Assembly (NCBI GenBank): GCA_043805415.1
Contig: JAZDHZ010000034.1
Location: forward strand, 37,478 to 101,477
DNA from: Candidatus Omnitrophota bacterium
GTDB lineage: Bacteria > Omnitrophota > Gorgyraeia > B26-G9
Reading direction: 5' to 3'
Length of the DNA stretch: 64,000 nt
Position numbers and translations under genes: made by a program
The notes under the pieces: model-generated
Database searches by the model: none
The model's input: the letters and a program-made list of their open reading frames with translations, nothing else
Told to the model about the DNA's origin: nothing
Part shown: piece by piece, positions 32,179 to 42,302 of the stretch
Position numbering within the stretch: the stretch's first letter is position 1
How the letters are laid out: every line of letters begins with the position of its first letter

Positions 32179-32211
32179 TAGCTCATAGCTGATAGCTCAT
32201 GGCTCATAGCA
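32179..32211 (+). repeat. degenerate TAGCTCATAG/TAGCTGATAG repeat (three-frame stop family)
   Basis: TTAGCTCATAGCTGATAGCTCATGGCTCATAGC starts 10 nt after the cutA stop. Confidence 0.6.
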
Positions 32212-32260
32212 AAAGCAAAAAAACAAAATAAAGTATAAAGTTGAAAACGCGATAAAGTAA

Positions 32261-32295
32261 AAAAGGCCGGGATTAATTATCCCGGCCTTTTTTGT
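32261..32295 (+). terminator. intrinsic terminator
   Basis: The hairpin GGCCGGGAT-taat-TATCCCGGCC is followed by T7. The GC-rich palindrome GGGCCACG-N6-CGTGGCCC follows at 32298-32319. Confidence 0.7.
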
Positions 32296-32380
32296 AGGGC
32301 CACGGCGTGACGTGGCCCTAATGGTGTCTTTGTGCCTTGTGTCTTGTGTCTTTAACTTAATCTGTGATATAATAAATCAA

Positions 32381-32875
32381 ATGAAAAAAGGTTTCACTCT
32401 CTTAGAGCTACTTATCGGGATTACAATATTCGCGATTATCTCCGGCGCGGTTTATACCAGTCTTTATCTGGGGATAAAAGTTTGGAAGAATGAAGAAAGA
32501 AATAATTCAAGCGTTCAGGAAATCATGCTGTGCTTTGGCTTGCTGGAAAAAAGCTTGCACAGTACTTTTCTTAATCCGGATAATGAGAATATAAAGTTTA
32601 AAGGCAGTTTGGAAAGACTTGAATTTTTCGCGGTAAATCAATCAGGGCAGCTGGAAGCCGTCAGCTTTTATCTTGAGCCTGCCGGTACCAGCGGTAAAGA
32701 TTTATTTAGATTATTGGTTTTAAGACAAAAACCCGGGCAGGAAAAAGAGCAGACAGAATCGATTCCGGAAGTTGTGAATAATCGAATAAGCGCTTTTAAA
32801 TTAAGCTATTTTGATCAAGGGAAAAATCAATGGTTTGAAGACTGGCCGGAAGAATTAGCTGCCCGGCGCAAGTAA
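32381..32875 (+). CDS. prepilin-type N-terminal cleavage/methylation domain protein (minor pseudopilin)
   Basis: MKKGFTLLELLIGITIFAII is the type IV pilin/pseudopilin leader plus hydrophobic helix. The tracked ORF extends further upstream in frame. Confidence 0.6.
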   Translation: MKKGFTLLELLIGITIFAIISGAVYTSLYLGIKVWKNEERNNSSVQEIMLCFGLLEKSLHSTFLNPDNENIKFKGSLERLEFFAVNQSGQLEAVSFYLEPAGTSGKDLFRLLVLRQKPGQEKEQTESIPEVVNNRISAFKLSYFDQGKNQWFEDWPEELAARRK

Positions 32876-33016
32876 AGGCGGAAATAGATTTTAAGACCGC
32901 GGACAATGGCGGGACTGGGCTGCGTTTAGAAAAATATATCAGTATCCCGATCGCGAATGAAATACAGTTTTCTTTTGACGAAGACGCGGGCTGATATTGT
33001 ACAATATATAAATTAA

Positions 33017-33847
33017 ATGGATAAAATCGCGAAAAGAAAAGATGGGTTGATTCTGATTATTGTTTTATGGATAATGTTTTTTCTTTCTGTTGCTGTGCTT
33101 ACCTTGGGGGCGAACAATAGAATGAATATAAGGCTGCGCTCACTGAATAATGAAAGTCTGCGCATGTTTTATCTGGCAAAAGAAGGGGTAAACCGGGCGA
33201 TTGATAGTCTGATCAGCGATGATCAGGAGTTTGATTCACTTAACGAAAACTGGAGCAAAAAAATATCCTTAGAAAAAGATGAAGGAATAGTAACGGTTCA
33301 GATAATTGATGAAAATAGATTTATAAACATTAACAGTGTTTCCGGAGAAATTTTAAATAATATTAAACTGCTTTTTCCTGAGATCACAGCTGAGCAGATA
33401 GACGCGATTATGAAAAACCGGCCGTTTAATTTAAAAACCGAGGTTAAAGATTTATTAGAACAAGGGGAAATAGCCCCTTTGGTTGAGCAAACAGGCCTGA
33501 TTGATATGCTGACTACTTTTACTGACGGGACTTTGAATATCAATACAGCATCTGAAAAAGTCCTGGCGCTGATTCCGAATATGACGGAAGCCGCAGCCCA
33601 GACAATTATTAGCCATCGGCAGGCAAACCCGTTTATCAGCAATGATTCGCTTTCAGCTGAACTATCGCTTTTGGGTTTACCTCTCGCGCAGATTAGTTCG
33701 CTGATTAAATTTGTTAAAGTGCGTTCAGCTGTATTCAGGATTTTAGTCAAAGCTCAATCAAAAGATAGGTATATTGCTAAAAAGCTTGAAGTAGTCGTGA
33801 GCCGGCAAGAGCAAAAAATACGCGTTTTATCGTCCATGGAGAATTGA
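33017..33847 (+). CDS. GspK-like type II secretion / pilus minor pseudopilin
   Basis: It has an N-terminal TM and a GspK-like domain. NINTASEKVLALIPNMTEAAAQTII is an HhH-like motif. Confidence 0.5.
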   Translation: MDKIAKRKDGLILIIVLWIMFFLSVAVLTLGANNRMNIRLRSLNNESLRMFYLAKEGVNRAIDSLISDDQEFDSLNENWSKKISLEKDEGIVTVQIIDENRFININSVSGEILNNIKLLFPEITAEQIDAIMKNRPFNLKTEVKDLLEQGEIAPLVEQTGLIDMLTTFTDGTLNINTASEKVLALIPNMTEAAAQTIISHRQANPFISNDSLSAELSLLGLPLAQISSLIKFVKVRSAVFRILVKAQSKDRYIAKKLEVVVSRQEQKIRVLSSMEN

Positions 33848-35190
33848 CCTTGATAAAAACAGTAATTTATTTTACGAATAAAGAAGCGCGGATCGTTCAA
33901 TTTAATATCAATAAACAATTGATCAAGATTGTTAAAGATAAAAGCATCGCTTTGGAAAACAAGGAGATCAATCCTTTAGCGATTAAGAATCTTGTTCTTA
34001 AACAGGGGATTGTTAAGACTAATCTCGCGGGCTGTCTTTTCCGCCATCAGGTAAGTGTAAGATTTTTCTCTTTTCCTTCGCATGAAGACGCGGAAATCGG
34101 CCGCATGGCCCAATATGAAGCCGCGGAATTGCTGCCGCTGAAGCCGGAAGAAACAATAATCAGGTATCTTATTTTAAAAAAAAGAGATAATGGCTACTCC
34201 GATACATTGGTTGTTGTCACGCATAAAGAAGAAGTGACAAAACTTCTGGATAAAATCAAAGCTTCGGCAATGGAAATAGAATCTTTGAACCTAAGCAGTT
34301 TAGCCTTGCTCAGCGGCCTTAAACATATTCTGGGAAAAAATATTTCAGATAGCAATGATAATGTTTTACTGGTTTATGTTGAAGATGGCGCGGTGGAAAT
34401 TATTATCGCGCGAAATGGGATTATTGAATTCAGCCGCGGGTTTTTGACCGAAGATATTAATACCTTTGCCCAGGTTTTAATCAGTGAAATCCGCCACAGC
34501 ATGGAGCTGTTTTTTAGTAATGCCGGAGAGAATAAACTAAAAAAAATCATCCTCGGTTCTCCCAATGGCGAGTTAAAAGCCATTGCTGAGGTTTTAAAAC
34601 AGAGATTTAGCGTGCCGATTCAAGAGGAAAAAATGGACATTGCTTATGGACTAGCTTCTTTAGGAAATAGCGGAGTTAATTTATTGAGCAATGAATTTAT
34701 TTTAAAGCGAAAACTGCGATCCTTTAATAAGAAAATTGTAATCAGCTGTCTGCTTCTGTTTGTGAATATTCTATTGTGCGGCGGAATATTCATGATTCAG
34801 CTAAATAGAAAACAGGCTTATCTGGAAAAGCTGAATACAGAAATAGCCGGCCGTAAACCGCAGGCCCAGGCAGTGCAGAATAAATTAAGAAAGCTTGAAA
34901 TAGTTAAAGCCCAATTAAGCTCCCAACTGCTTATTTTAGACGCGATTACTGATATCGTCGATATTTCTCCGGTGTCAACTAACCTTAATATGCTTTCGAT
35001 AAATGAGCAGGGAATTATGGTAATCAGAGGCCAGGCAAAAACTTTGCAGGAAGTGCTGGATTTTGTTGGCGCGATAGAAAAATCAATGTATTTCACTAAT
35101 AGCCATTTAAATTATTCTAATCGCAGAAAACTGAAGGATATGGAACTTATTGATTTTGAAATTCAGTCTAAGGTAGAGCAGAAAAATTAA
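33844..35190 (+). CDS. PilM-like actin-fold domain fused to a TM and PilN-like coiled coil (GspL-like assembly protein)
   Basis: The N-terminal ~280 aa resemble PilM. It has an internal TM (IVISCLLLFVNILLCGGIFMI) and a coiled-coil C-terminus. It has a TTG start. Confidence 0.45.
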   Translation: MTLIKTVIYFTNKEARIVQFNINKQLIKIVKDKSIALENKEINPLAIKNLVLKQGIVKTNLAGCLFRHQVSVRFFSFPSHEDAEIGRMAQYEAAELLPLKPEETIIRYLILKKRDNGYSDTLVVVTHKEEVTKLLDKIKASAMEIESLNLSSLALLSGLKHILGKNISDSNDNVLLVYVEDGAVEIIIARNGIIEFSRGFLTEDINTFAQVLISEIRHSMELFFSNAGENKLKKIILGSPNGELKAIAEVLKQRFSVPIQEEKMDIAYGLASLGNSGVNLLSNEFILKRKLRSFNKKIVISCLLLFVNILLCGGIFMIQLNRKQAYLEKLNTEIAGRKPQAQAVQNKLRKLEIVKAQLSSQLLILDAITDIVDISPVSTNLNMLSINEQGIMVIRGQAKTLQEVLDFVGAIEKSMYFTNSHLNYSNRRKLKDMELIDFEIQSKVEQKN

Positions 35191-35288
35191 ACATAGATAA
35201 ATAAGGCAGAAGGTGGATAAGGGAAACGGAAAAGAGTTCTCTGGCTTTATAACTTCTGCCTTTTGCGTTTAAATCTTAAAAGGCAAAT

Positions 35289-35840
35289 ATGCGGATTATC
35301 AGCGGAGAATTTAAAAACCGGAACTTAAAAATGCCTAATTCCCGGGAGGTCAGGCCTACCAGTCAAAAAGTCAGAAAAGCGATTTTTGCTGTTTTGGCCG
35401 GAGAAATTGAAGGAAAAAAGGTATTAGATCTTTTTAGCGGCAGCGGAGCCCTGGGGTTTGAGGCTTTAAGTGCCGGAGCGGCTGGGATTACTTTTGTGGA
35501 AAAAAGCAAATTATCAATCAAAACAATATATGACAACGCGATGCTTTTGGCTGTTAAGCCCAAGTGCGCGGTAATTAGCGGCGACGCGCTGGAAAGTCTG
35601 GATAGCTTGCATGCCAAAGGTTTACGCTATGATCTTGTATTTGCTGATCCTCCTTATCTTGGCGGTTTGGCAAAAAAATGCTTGCTCAAAATCAGCAGCT
35701 GTGATATATTACTCGCGCCTGCAATAGTAGTTATTGAACACTACAAAAAGGATGAGCTGCCGACGATCAGCGGAAATTTAAAGCTGTGGCAGCTTAAAAA
35801 TTATGGGGACACTCTTGTCTCCTTTTATACCTATGCTTAA
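35289..35840 (+). CDS. rsmD: 16S rRNA (guanine966-N2)-methyltransferase RsmD
   Basis: It has the motifs VLDLFSGSGALGFEALS and FADPPY. Confidence 0.8.
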   Translation: MRIISGEFKNRNLKMPNSREVRPTSQKVRKAIFAVLAGEIEGKKVLDLFSGSGALGFEALSAGAAGITFVEKSKLSIKTIYDNAMLLAVKPKCAVISGDALESLDSLHAKGLRYDLVFADPPYLGGLAKKCLLKISSCDILLAPAIVVIEHYKKDELPTISGNLKLWQLKNYGDTLVSFYTYA

Positions 35841-35916
35841 ATTCCATATTTTGGTGTAAGAGTATAACTATTTTATTTGCAGAGTGTTAAGTTTCTAGTT
35901 TAGAATCGGATCAGGA

Positions 35917-36408
35917 GTGTTTATTTTGAAACAAAGAGCAGTGTATCCCGGAACATTTGATCCGGTTACTTATGGGCATATTGATATAATCAAAAGAGCG
36001 GCAAAGCTCTATGATCAGGTCATTGTTGCCGTAGCGGCAAATTCTTCAAAGGAGACATTGTTTAGTGTCAGCGAGCGGGTATCAATGCTTAAGCAGGCAA
36101 CAAAGGGCTTGTCTAGAGTAAGAGTGGATGCTTTTGATCAGCTGATGGTTGATTATGTGCAAAGTAAAAATATTAATGTGGTAATCCGGGGATTAAGAAT
36201 GATCTCGGATTTTGAATATGAATTTCAAATGGCCTTAACTAACCGCAAGCTGAATAAAGATATTGAAATTGTGTTTATGATGCCCAATGAATCATATTCC
36301 TTTGTCTCAAGTAAATTGATCAAAGAAGTCGCCAGATTAGGCGCGAATTTAGCGGAATTTGTTCCAAGTTTTGTGGAAAAGAAATTAAAAAAAATATTAG
36401 TAAAGTAA
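35917..36408 (+). CDS. coaD: phosphopantetheine adenylyltransferase
   Basis: It has the motif AVYPGTFDPVTYGHIDII. Length is ~160 aa. Confidence 0.85.
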   Translation: MFILKQRAVYPGTFDPVTYGHIDIIKRAAKLYDQVIVAVAANSSKETLFSVSERVSMLKQATKGLSRVRVDAFDQLMVDYVQSKNINVVIRGLRMISDFEYEFQMALTNRKLNKDIEIVFMMPNESYSFVSSKLIKEVARLGANLAEFVPSFVEKKLKKILVK

Positions 36409-36491
36409 GTTACTGAAGTAAATGGTTTAAGTAAATTATTGGTTCAATTTTATTTTATTAGGATAAAGATTCTAATAATCGCGAGGAGAAA

Positions 36492-37496
36492 ATGGAGATT
36501 TTAAATAAAATCAGGCAAAGGGCCAGGGACAATCAGCGAACAATTGTTCTGCCTGAAGGTGATGATAAGCGGATTTTAGAAGCAGCGAAAATTATTGTTA
36601 AAGAAAATCTAGCCAAGATTATAATCCTGGCGCTGGATGATAATTTTAAACAAAAAGCAGAAGCAGCGGGACTGGATTTAACAAAGGTCCAGGTAGTTAA
36701 TCCGGCAAAAAGTCCTGATCTGACGGAATTTTACGAGAAATTTTTTGAGCTGAGAAAAGCCAAGGGAATTACTGAGGAGCAAGCCAGAGAGCAGATGCTC
36801 AAACCAGTATATTTCGGAGCAATGATGGTGCGTTTCGGCAAAGCTGACGGCATGGTTGCCGGCGCGATGAATACAACCGCGGATGTGGCTAAAGCCGCGA
36901 TTTACTGCATTGGTTTTGGCGAAAAAAGCCGGACCATTTCCAGCTGTTTCTTAATCTCAGTTCCGGATTGCGTATATGGTTCAAAAGGAACTTTTGTTTT
37001 TGCTGACTGCGGCATTGTGCCTGATCCTTCGCCGTCTCAGATCGCGAATATTGCCGCGTCTGCTTCAGAATTGTTCAGTTTATTAGTTGAAGAAGAGCCA
37101 AAGGTAGCTTTGCTCAGTTTCTCGACTAAAGGCAGTGCCCAGCATGAAATGGTGGATAAAATAGTCAGAGCCAAAGCGATTATTGATGAAAAATATCCGG
37201 AATTAATTGCCGACGGAGAATTGCAGCTGGACGCGGCGATTGTCCCGGAAGTAGCCAAGATTAAAGCTCCGGACAGTAAAGTCGCCGGAGCGGCAAATGT
37301 TCTGATTTTCCCGGATCTTAATGCCGGAAATATATCATACAAAATGGTGCAGCGCTTAGCCAAAGCTGAAGTTATCGGTCCGATGATGAATGGCGTGTCC
37401 AAGCCCTGCAGTGATCTTTCCCGCGGCTGCACAATCGATGAAATTGTTAATGCTGTGTGTACAACATCAATCCGGGTTACCCAAGAGAATAAATAA
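36492..37496 (+). CDS. pta: phosphate acetyltransferase (short PTA_PTB type)
   Basis: It has a PTA_PTB domain (TIVLPEGDD..SKPCSDLSRG). Length is 334 aa. It lies directly upstream of ackA. Confidence 0.85.
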   Translation: MEILNKIRQRARDNQRTIVLPEGDDKRILEAAKIIVKENLAKIIILALDDNFKQKAEAAGLDLTKVQVVNPAKSPDLTEFYEKFFELRKAKGITEEQAREQMLKPVYFGAMMVRFGKADGMVAGAMNTTADVAKAAIYCIGFGEKSRTISSCFLISVPDCVYGSKGTFVFADCGIVPDPSPSQIANIAASASELFSLLVEEEPKVALLSFSTKGSAQHEMVDKIVRAKAIIDEKYPELIADGELQLDAAIVPEVAKIKAPDSKVAGAANVLIFPDLNAGNISYKMVQRLAKAEVIGPMMNGVSKPCSDLSRGCTIDEIVNAVCTTSIRVTQENK

Positions 37497-38629
37497 TGAA
37501 TATACTAGTTATAAATTGCGGAAGTTCATCAATAAAATATCAGCTGTTTTGTATGGAAAAAAACCAATCCCTGGTAAGCGGCATCGCGGAAAAGATCGGC
37601 AGTGAAGGATCAGGCATTACCCATAAAAAAGGCGATAAATGCTATAAAGCCAAGCTGGAATTAAATGATTATTTTACGGCAATTGAAAAGATTTCCCAGC
37701 TGCTTACTGATCCGGTCTGGGGAGCGGTAAACAGTAAAGAAGATATTCAGGCAATCGGGCACAGGGTTGTGCACGGCGGCGAAGAATTTAAAACATCGGT
37801 AATTATTGATAAGCATGTTTTAGAAAGAATAAAATTTTACAGCAGCCTCGCGCCTTTGCATAATCCTCCGGCTTATAATGGGATTCAAGCAACTCAAAAG
37901 ATTTTTCCTGAAGTTAAGCAGGTCGCGGTTTTTGATACAGCATTTCATCAGACAATGCCGGAAGAGGCATTTATGTATGGCCTGCCGTATAAGCTGTATA
38001 CAAAATATTGCATTAGGCGTTACGGGTTTCATGGCACCAGCCATCGTTATGTATCATCAGCTGCTGCCAAAATTCTAAAGCGCCCTTTAAATAAATTAAA
38101 GCTGATTACCTGCCATTTGGGCAATGGCTGCAGCATTACCGCGGTTAAAAACAGCTGTTCAGTGGATACAAGCATGGGTTTTACTCCGCTGGAAGGATTA
38201 ATGATGGGCACCCGCTGCGGGGATATTGATCCGGCTTTAATCAGCTATATTATGGAAAAAGAAAAACTCAGCGCTGAGCAGGTTGGGCAGATGATGAACA
38301 GCAAAAGCGGTTTACTGGGTATTTCCGGAATAAGTAATGATATGCGCGATCTGCTTGAGCACGCGGAAAATGGGCATAAGCAGGCAAAGCTGGCAATAGA
38401 TATGTTTATTTATAAAGTGAAAAAATATATCGGCGCATATATCGCGGCCATGAACGGCGCGGACGCGATTGTGCTTACCGGTGGGATTGGTGAGAATATG
38501 CCGCTGGTCAAGCAAAGGCTGGTTAAAGAATTAAGAAATCTGATGGGCAAGAAAATGAAAATGCTGATTATTCATACCGAAGAAGAGCATTTAATCGCCC
38601 TGGATACTTTTGAACTTATAAAAAGGTAA
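37496..38629 (+). CDS. ackA: acetate kinase
   Basis: It has the N-terminus ILVINCGSSSIKYQLF and the motifs HRVVHGG and GFHGTSH. Confidence 0.9.
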   Translation: MNILVINCGSSSIKYQLFCMEKNQSLVSGIAEKIGSEGSGITHKKGDKCYKAKLELNDYFTAIEKISQLLTDPVWGAVNSKEDIQAIGHRVVHGGEEFKTSVIIDKHVLERIKFYSSLAPLHNPPAYNGIQATQKIFPEVKQVAVFDTAFHQTMPEEAFMYGLPYKLYTKYCIRRYGFHGTSHRYVSSAAAKILKRPLNKLKLITCHLGNGCSITAVKNSCSVDTSMGFTPLEGLMMGTRCGDIDPALISYIMEKEKLSAEQVGQMMNSKSGLLGISGISNDMRDLLEHAENGHKQAKLAIDMFIYKVKKYIGAYIAAMNGADAIVLTGGIGENMPLVKQRLVKELRNLMGKKMKMLIIHTEEEHLIALDTFELIKR

Positions 38630-38638
38630 GATTCAGCA

Positions 38639-39088
38639 ATGAAAGTTATTGTAAATGAAATTCCGCCTCAGGGTTTGGAGCTGGAAGAGTCAGAATCAGC
38701 GAAAGTGCTGGATATAGAGCGCAGTGATATTGAATTTATAAAACCAGTTCAGATTAAAGCAAAAGTTAAGCGCGAATATGACAGCATCAGAATACATCTG
38801 GATATTGAAGGTGAAATACGCTTTGCTTGTGCCCGATGCCTGGAAGATGAAACTCGGATTTTAGCAGAGCATATTGATATAATCAAAGACGCAAAAGAAG
38901 AAAAAATAATTGATTTAACTCAAATTGCCAGAGAAGAAATAATCTTTGCTTATCCGGAAAAATTGCTTTGCAAGTCAGACTGCAAAGGTTTGTGCCAGAG
39001 ATGCGGCAGAAATAGGAATGTGCATACATGCCGATGCGAAATAAGCGAAAGTTCGCTCGGAATTCATATAGATAGATTAGATAATTGA
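38639..39088 (+). CDS. YceD/DUF177 family protein
   Basis: It has a C-terminal CxxC..CxxC. Its position upstream of rpmF-plsX is conserved. Confidence 0.7.
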   Translation: MKVIVNEIPPQGLELEESESAKVLDIERSDIEFIKPVQIKAKVKREYDSIRIHLDIEGEIRFACARCLEDETRILAEHIDIIKDAKEEKIIDLTQIAREEIIFAYPEKLLCKSDCKGLCQRCGRNRNVHTCRCEISESSLGIHIDRLDN

Positions 39089-39133
39089 TATAAAAACAAG
39101 AACATTACGATATGTTTTAAGGAGGAATAAACA

Positions 39134-39331
39134 ATGGCGCATCCAAAACGGAAACATTCTAAAACCAGGCGTGATACAAAACGGGCTTCAAACTCAAAAT
39201 TAGATACACCAGGCAGTTCATTATGTCCGGCCTGCAATCAGCCTAAACCAGCGCACCATATCTGTCCGCAGTGCGGAGAATATAAAGGGATTAAGTACAT
39301 AGTAAAAAAAGAAAAAGAACCGAAAAAGTAA
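39134..39331 (+). CDS. rpmF: 50S ribosomal protein L32
   Basis: It has the N-terminus MAHPKRKHSKTRRD and CPACNQ..CPQCG. Confidence 0.9.
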   Translation: MAHPKRKHSKTRRDTKRASNSKLDTPGSSLCPACNQPKPAHHICPQCGEYKGIKYIVKKEKEPKK

Positions 39332-39334
39332 GAA

Positions 39335-39381
39335 CTAATGGCTAATAGCTAATGGTCAATAGCTGATAGTTAAGAGCTAAG
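39335..39381 (+). repeat. degenerate TAATGGCTAATAGCTAATGGTCAATAGCTGATAG repeat (three-frame stop family)
   Basis: It starts 4 nt after the rpmF stop. Confidence 0.6.
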
Positions 39382-39512
39382 AAGTAAATAGTTTAAATAT
39401 TGAGTTTTTCTTTTTTAACAGTTAGTTTTTTTACGCAATACGCGATACTCACGACGCTATACTGAAAAAGTATAACTTATAACTCATAACTCGTAAAAGG
39501 TATTTAATCTAT

Positions 39513-40508
39513 ATGAGAATAGCAGTTGATGCCATGGGGGGAGACCATGCTCCGGATGTAATAATTAACGGAGCAATATTAGCAGCCAAAGAAATGAATA
39601 TTGATATTATTTTGGTTGGACCGGAAGATATTATTAAAAGCAAGCTTGCGGAGCAGAAGAAGGTTCCGGGCAATATTTCAGTTTTTAATGCTACTGAGAT
39701 TATCGCGATGAATGAATCTCCGGCAGTAAGCGTGCGCCGGAAAAAGGATTCTTCAATAAATGTCGCGGTAAAAATGGTTAAGGATAAAACTGCCGAGGCC
39801 ATGGTCTCCGCGGGTAATACCGGAGCTGTGGTTTGCGCGGCAAGCATGTTTTTAAGAAACCTTCCTGGAGTGGACCGGCCGGGGATAAGCGTTTTATTGC
39901 CCACACTTAAAGATGTGGTTCAGGTAATTGATATGGGCGCGAATATTGACGCCAAGCCTGAGCATCTTCTGCAATATGGGATTATGGGCAGCGTGTACAG
40001 CAATTATGTGCTGCATAAGCAGAACCCGACTGTCGGGCTGCTGAATATCGGAGAAGAAGAAACCAAAGGCCCGGAATTTGTTAAAGAAACATTTAAATTG
40101 CTTGAGCTGAATAAAAATATAAATTTTATCGGCAATGTCGAAGGCCGCGATATTTATGTCGGTGACTGCGATGTTATTGTTTGCGACGGTTTTTTAGGTA
40201 ATGTGGTTTTAAAAGTATCTGAAGGCTTGGCTGACGCGATTAAAGAAATGCTTAAGCGTAAACTTTCGACCAATATCTTTACCAAGCTCGGAGCTTTGCT
40301 TAGTGCTCCGGCATTTAGAGCGCTGAAAAGAGAAACTGATTATTCTGAGTATGGAGGAGCGCCTTTGCTGGGAGTTGATGGCGTATGTATTATTGCTCAT
40401 GGCGGGTCTTCAGCCAACGCGATTAAAAATGCTATTCGAGTCGCGCATGAATCATTATTAAAAAATGTTAATCAGCATATAATCGAGGCATTAGAAAATA
40501 AAAGTTAG
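39513..40508 (+). CDS. plsX: phosphate acyltransferase PlsX
   Basis: It has the N-terminus MRIAVDAMGGDHAP and is full length. Confidence 0.9.
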   Translation: MRIAVDAMGGDHAPDVIINGAILAAKEMNIDIILVGPEDIIKSKLAEQKKVPGNISVFNATEIIAMNESPAVSVRRKKDSSINVAVKMVKDKTAEAMVSAGNTGAVVCAASMFLRNLPGVDRPGISVLLPTLKDVVQVIDMGANIDAKPEHLLQYGIMGSVYSNYVLHKQNPTVGLLNIGEEETKGPEFVKETFKLLELNKNINFIGNVEGRDIYVGDCDVIVCDGFLGNVVLKVSEGLADAIKEMLKRKLSTNIFTKLGALLSAPAFRALKRETDYSEYGGAPLLGVDGVCIIAHGGSSANAIKNAIRVAHESLLKNVNQHIIEALENKS

Positions 40509-40554
40509 GCCTGCCTTTTTTAAATCAGAAGTTTTTCAAGGAGATTTATTTTAA

Positions 40555-41490
40555 ATGTGTGACTGCAAAAAAACCGCGTATATTTTTCCCGGCCAAGGCG
40601 CGCAGTATGTAGGTATGGGAAAAGACTTATATGATAGTTTTCCCCAAGCCAAAGCAATTTTTAACCTAGCTAATCAAGTCTTGGGCTTTGATCTGGCTAA
40701 AATCTGTTTTGAAGGCCCGATTGAGGAATTAACCAAAAGCGCGATTTGTCAGCCGGCAATAGTAACCCACAGCATTGCTGCTTTTGAAGCGCTTAAATCT
40801 GTTTGCGCTAGTATGGCTCCTGCGGCCTGCGCCGGCTTGAGTTTAGGTGAATATTCTGCTTTGGTTGCTTGTGGAAGTTTAAAATTTAAAGACGCGGTAA
40901 GCCTAGTGCGTAAAAGAGGTTTATTTATGGATCAGGCTTCTTTGGATAATCCCGGCACCATGGCTTGTGTTTTAGGCATTGAGCTGGAACAAGCCAGGCA
41001 GATCTGCGCGGAATCTGACGCGGAAATCGCGAATCTTAACTGCCCGGGCCAGATTGTGCTGTCCGGCAGCCTGAGCGCGATGAAAAAAGCCGAAGAACTG
41101 GCCAAAGCTGCTGGCGCGAAAAGAGTTATTCCGCTTGGGGTAAGCGGTGCTTTTCATTCATCTTTAATGCGCTCAGCCGCTGATAAGCTGAAAAAAGAAT
41201 TGCAAAATATCCAGATCAGCAAACCAAATGTACTGTTTATTCCCAATGTGACTGCCGGCTATGCGGCTGATCCTGAACAAATAGGCAAGCTGTTAACCGA
41301 ACAAGTAGCAAATACTACTTATTGGGGAAAAAGCATTGAACTGTTAAAAAAAGACGGCATTTGCTGTTTTATTGAAATGGGGCCAGCAAAGGTTTTGCGC
41401 GGTTTGCTTCAGCGGATTGACAAAGAATTGAATGTGCTGAATCTGGATAAAACCAGTGATTTTGAAAAAATAGCTGAATGTTGCGGTTAA
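40555..41490 (+). CDS. fabD: malonyl-CoA:ACP transacylase
   Basis: It has the motifs FPGQGAQY, GLSLGEYSAL and GAFHS. Confidence 0.9.
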   Translation: MCDCKKTAYIFPGQGAQYVGMGKDLYDSFPQAKAIFNLANQVLGFDLAKICFEGPIEELTKSAICQPAIVTHSIAAFEALKSVCASMAPAACAGLSLGEYSALVACGSLKFKDAVSLVRKRGLFMDQASLDNPGTMACVLGIELEQARQICAESDAEIANLNCPGQIVLSGSLSAMKKAEELAKAAGAKRVIPLGVSGAFHSSLMRSAADKLKKELQNIQISKPNVLFIPNVTAGYAADPEQIGKLLTEQVANTTYWGKSIELLKKDGICCFIEMGPAKVLRGLLQRIDKELNVLNLDKTSDFEKIAECCG

Positions 41491-41536
41491 TAGTTATAAT
41501 ATTAAAGGAATAGATCTGAATTTAAGGGAGATAATC

Positions 41537-42277
41537 ATGAAATTAAAAGGAAAAGTCGCTTTTATCACAGGAGGAGCCGCGGGAATTGGTAAAGAAATAG
41601 CCATGACTCTTGCTAAACAAGGGGCAGACTGTGTTATTTGTGATGTTAATGAATCTGAGCTAAACAAAACCGCTGCTGAAATCGAAGCAGTTGGAGTAAA
41701 AGCAATGCCGATTGTTTTAAATGTTTGCAGCATGGCTGATTGCGAAGAAGCAGTGAACAAAATTATTGACAAATTTCAAAAAGTAGATATACTAATCAAT
41801 AACGCTGGCATTACCAGAGATGGTTTGCTGATTAGGATGAAGGAATCCGACTGGGATGCGGTGATTTCAGTTAATCTCAAAGGAGCCTTTAATTGCACCA
41901 AAGCTGTGGTTAAACCAATGATGAAACAGCGTTCCGGCGCGATAGTTAATATGGCGTCAATAATTGGTTTAATGGGTAATGCTGGTCAGGTTAATTATGC
42001 TGCTTCGAAAGCTGGTTTAATTGGTTTGACAAAAAGTGTGGCCAAAGAAGTTGCAACACGTAATATCCGGGTTAACGCTATTGCTCCTGGGTTTATTGAA
42101 ACAAAAATGACCCAGGTTTTAACAGATGATGTTAAGCAGGCAATGCTTAAGCAGATACCATTGGGCAAATTCGGCAGCCCGCAAGATGTCGCGAATTTAG
42201 TAGTATTTTTAGTCACTGATGACTCAAACTACATAACAGGCCAGGTGATTTCAATCAATGGCGGGATGTTAATGTAG
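41537..42277 (+). CDS. fabG: 3-oxoacyl-ACP reductase
   Basis: It is an SDR with [11 protein letters not shown] and a YxxxK catalytic motif. Confidence 0.9.
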   Translation: MKLKGKVAFITGGAAGIGKEIAMTLAKQGADCVICDVNESELNKTAAEIEAVGVKAMPIVLNVCSMADCEEAVNKIIDKFQKVDILINNAGITRDGLLIRMKESDWDAVISVNLKGAFNCTKAVVKPMMKQRSGAIVNMASIIGLMGNAGQVNYAASKAGLIGLTKSVAKEVATRNIRVNAIAPGFIETKMTQVLTDDVKQAMLKQIPLGKFGSPQDVANLVVFLVTDDSNYITGQVISINGGMLM

Positions 42278-42302
42278 TCTCTTGAAAGGAGGCAAAAATA
42301 AA

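Noticed and set aside
33298-33750. 150-aa minus-strand ORF inside the GspK-like gene
   Set aside because: It is a shadow ORF.
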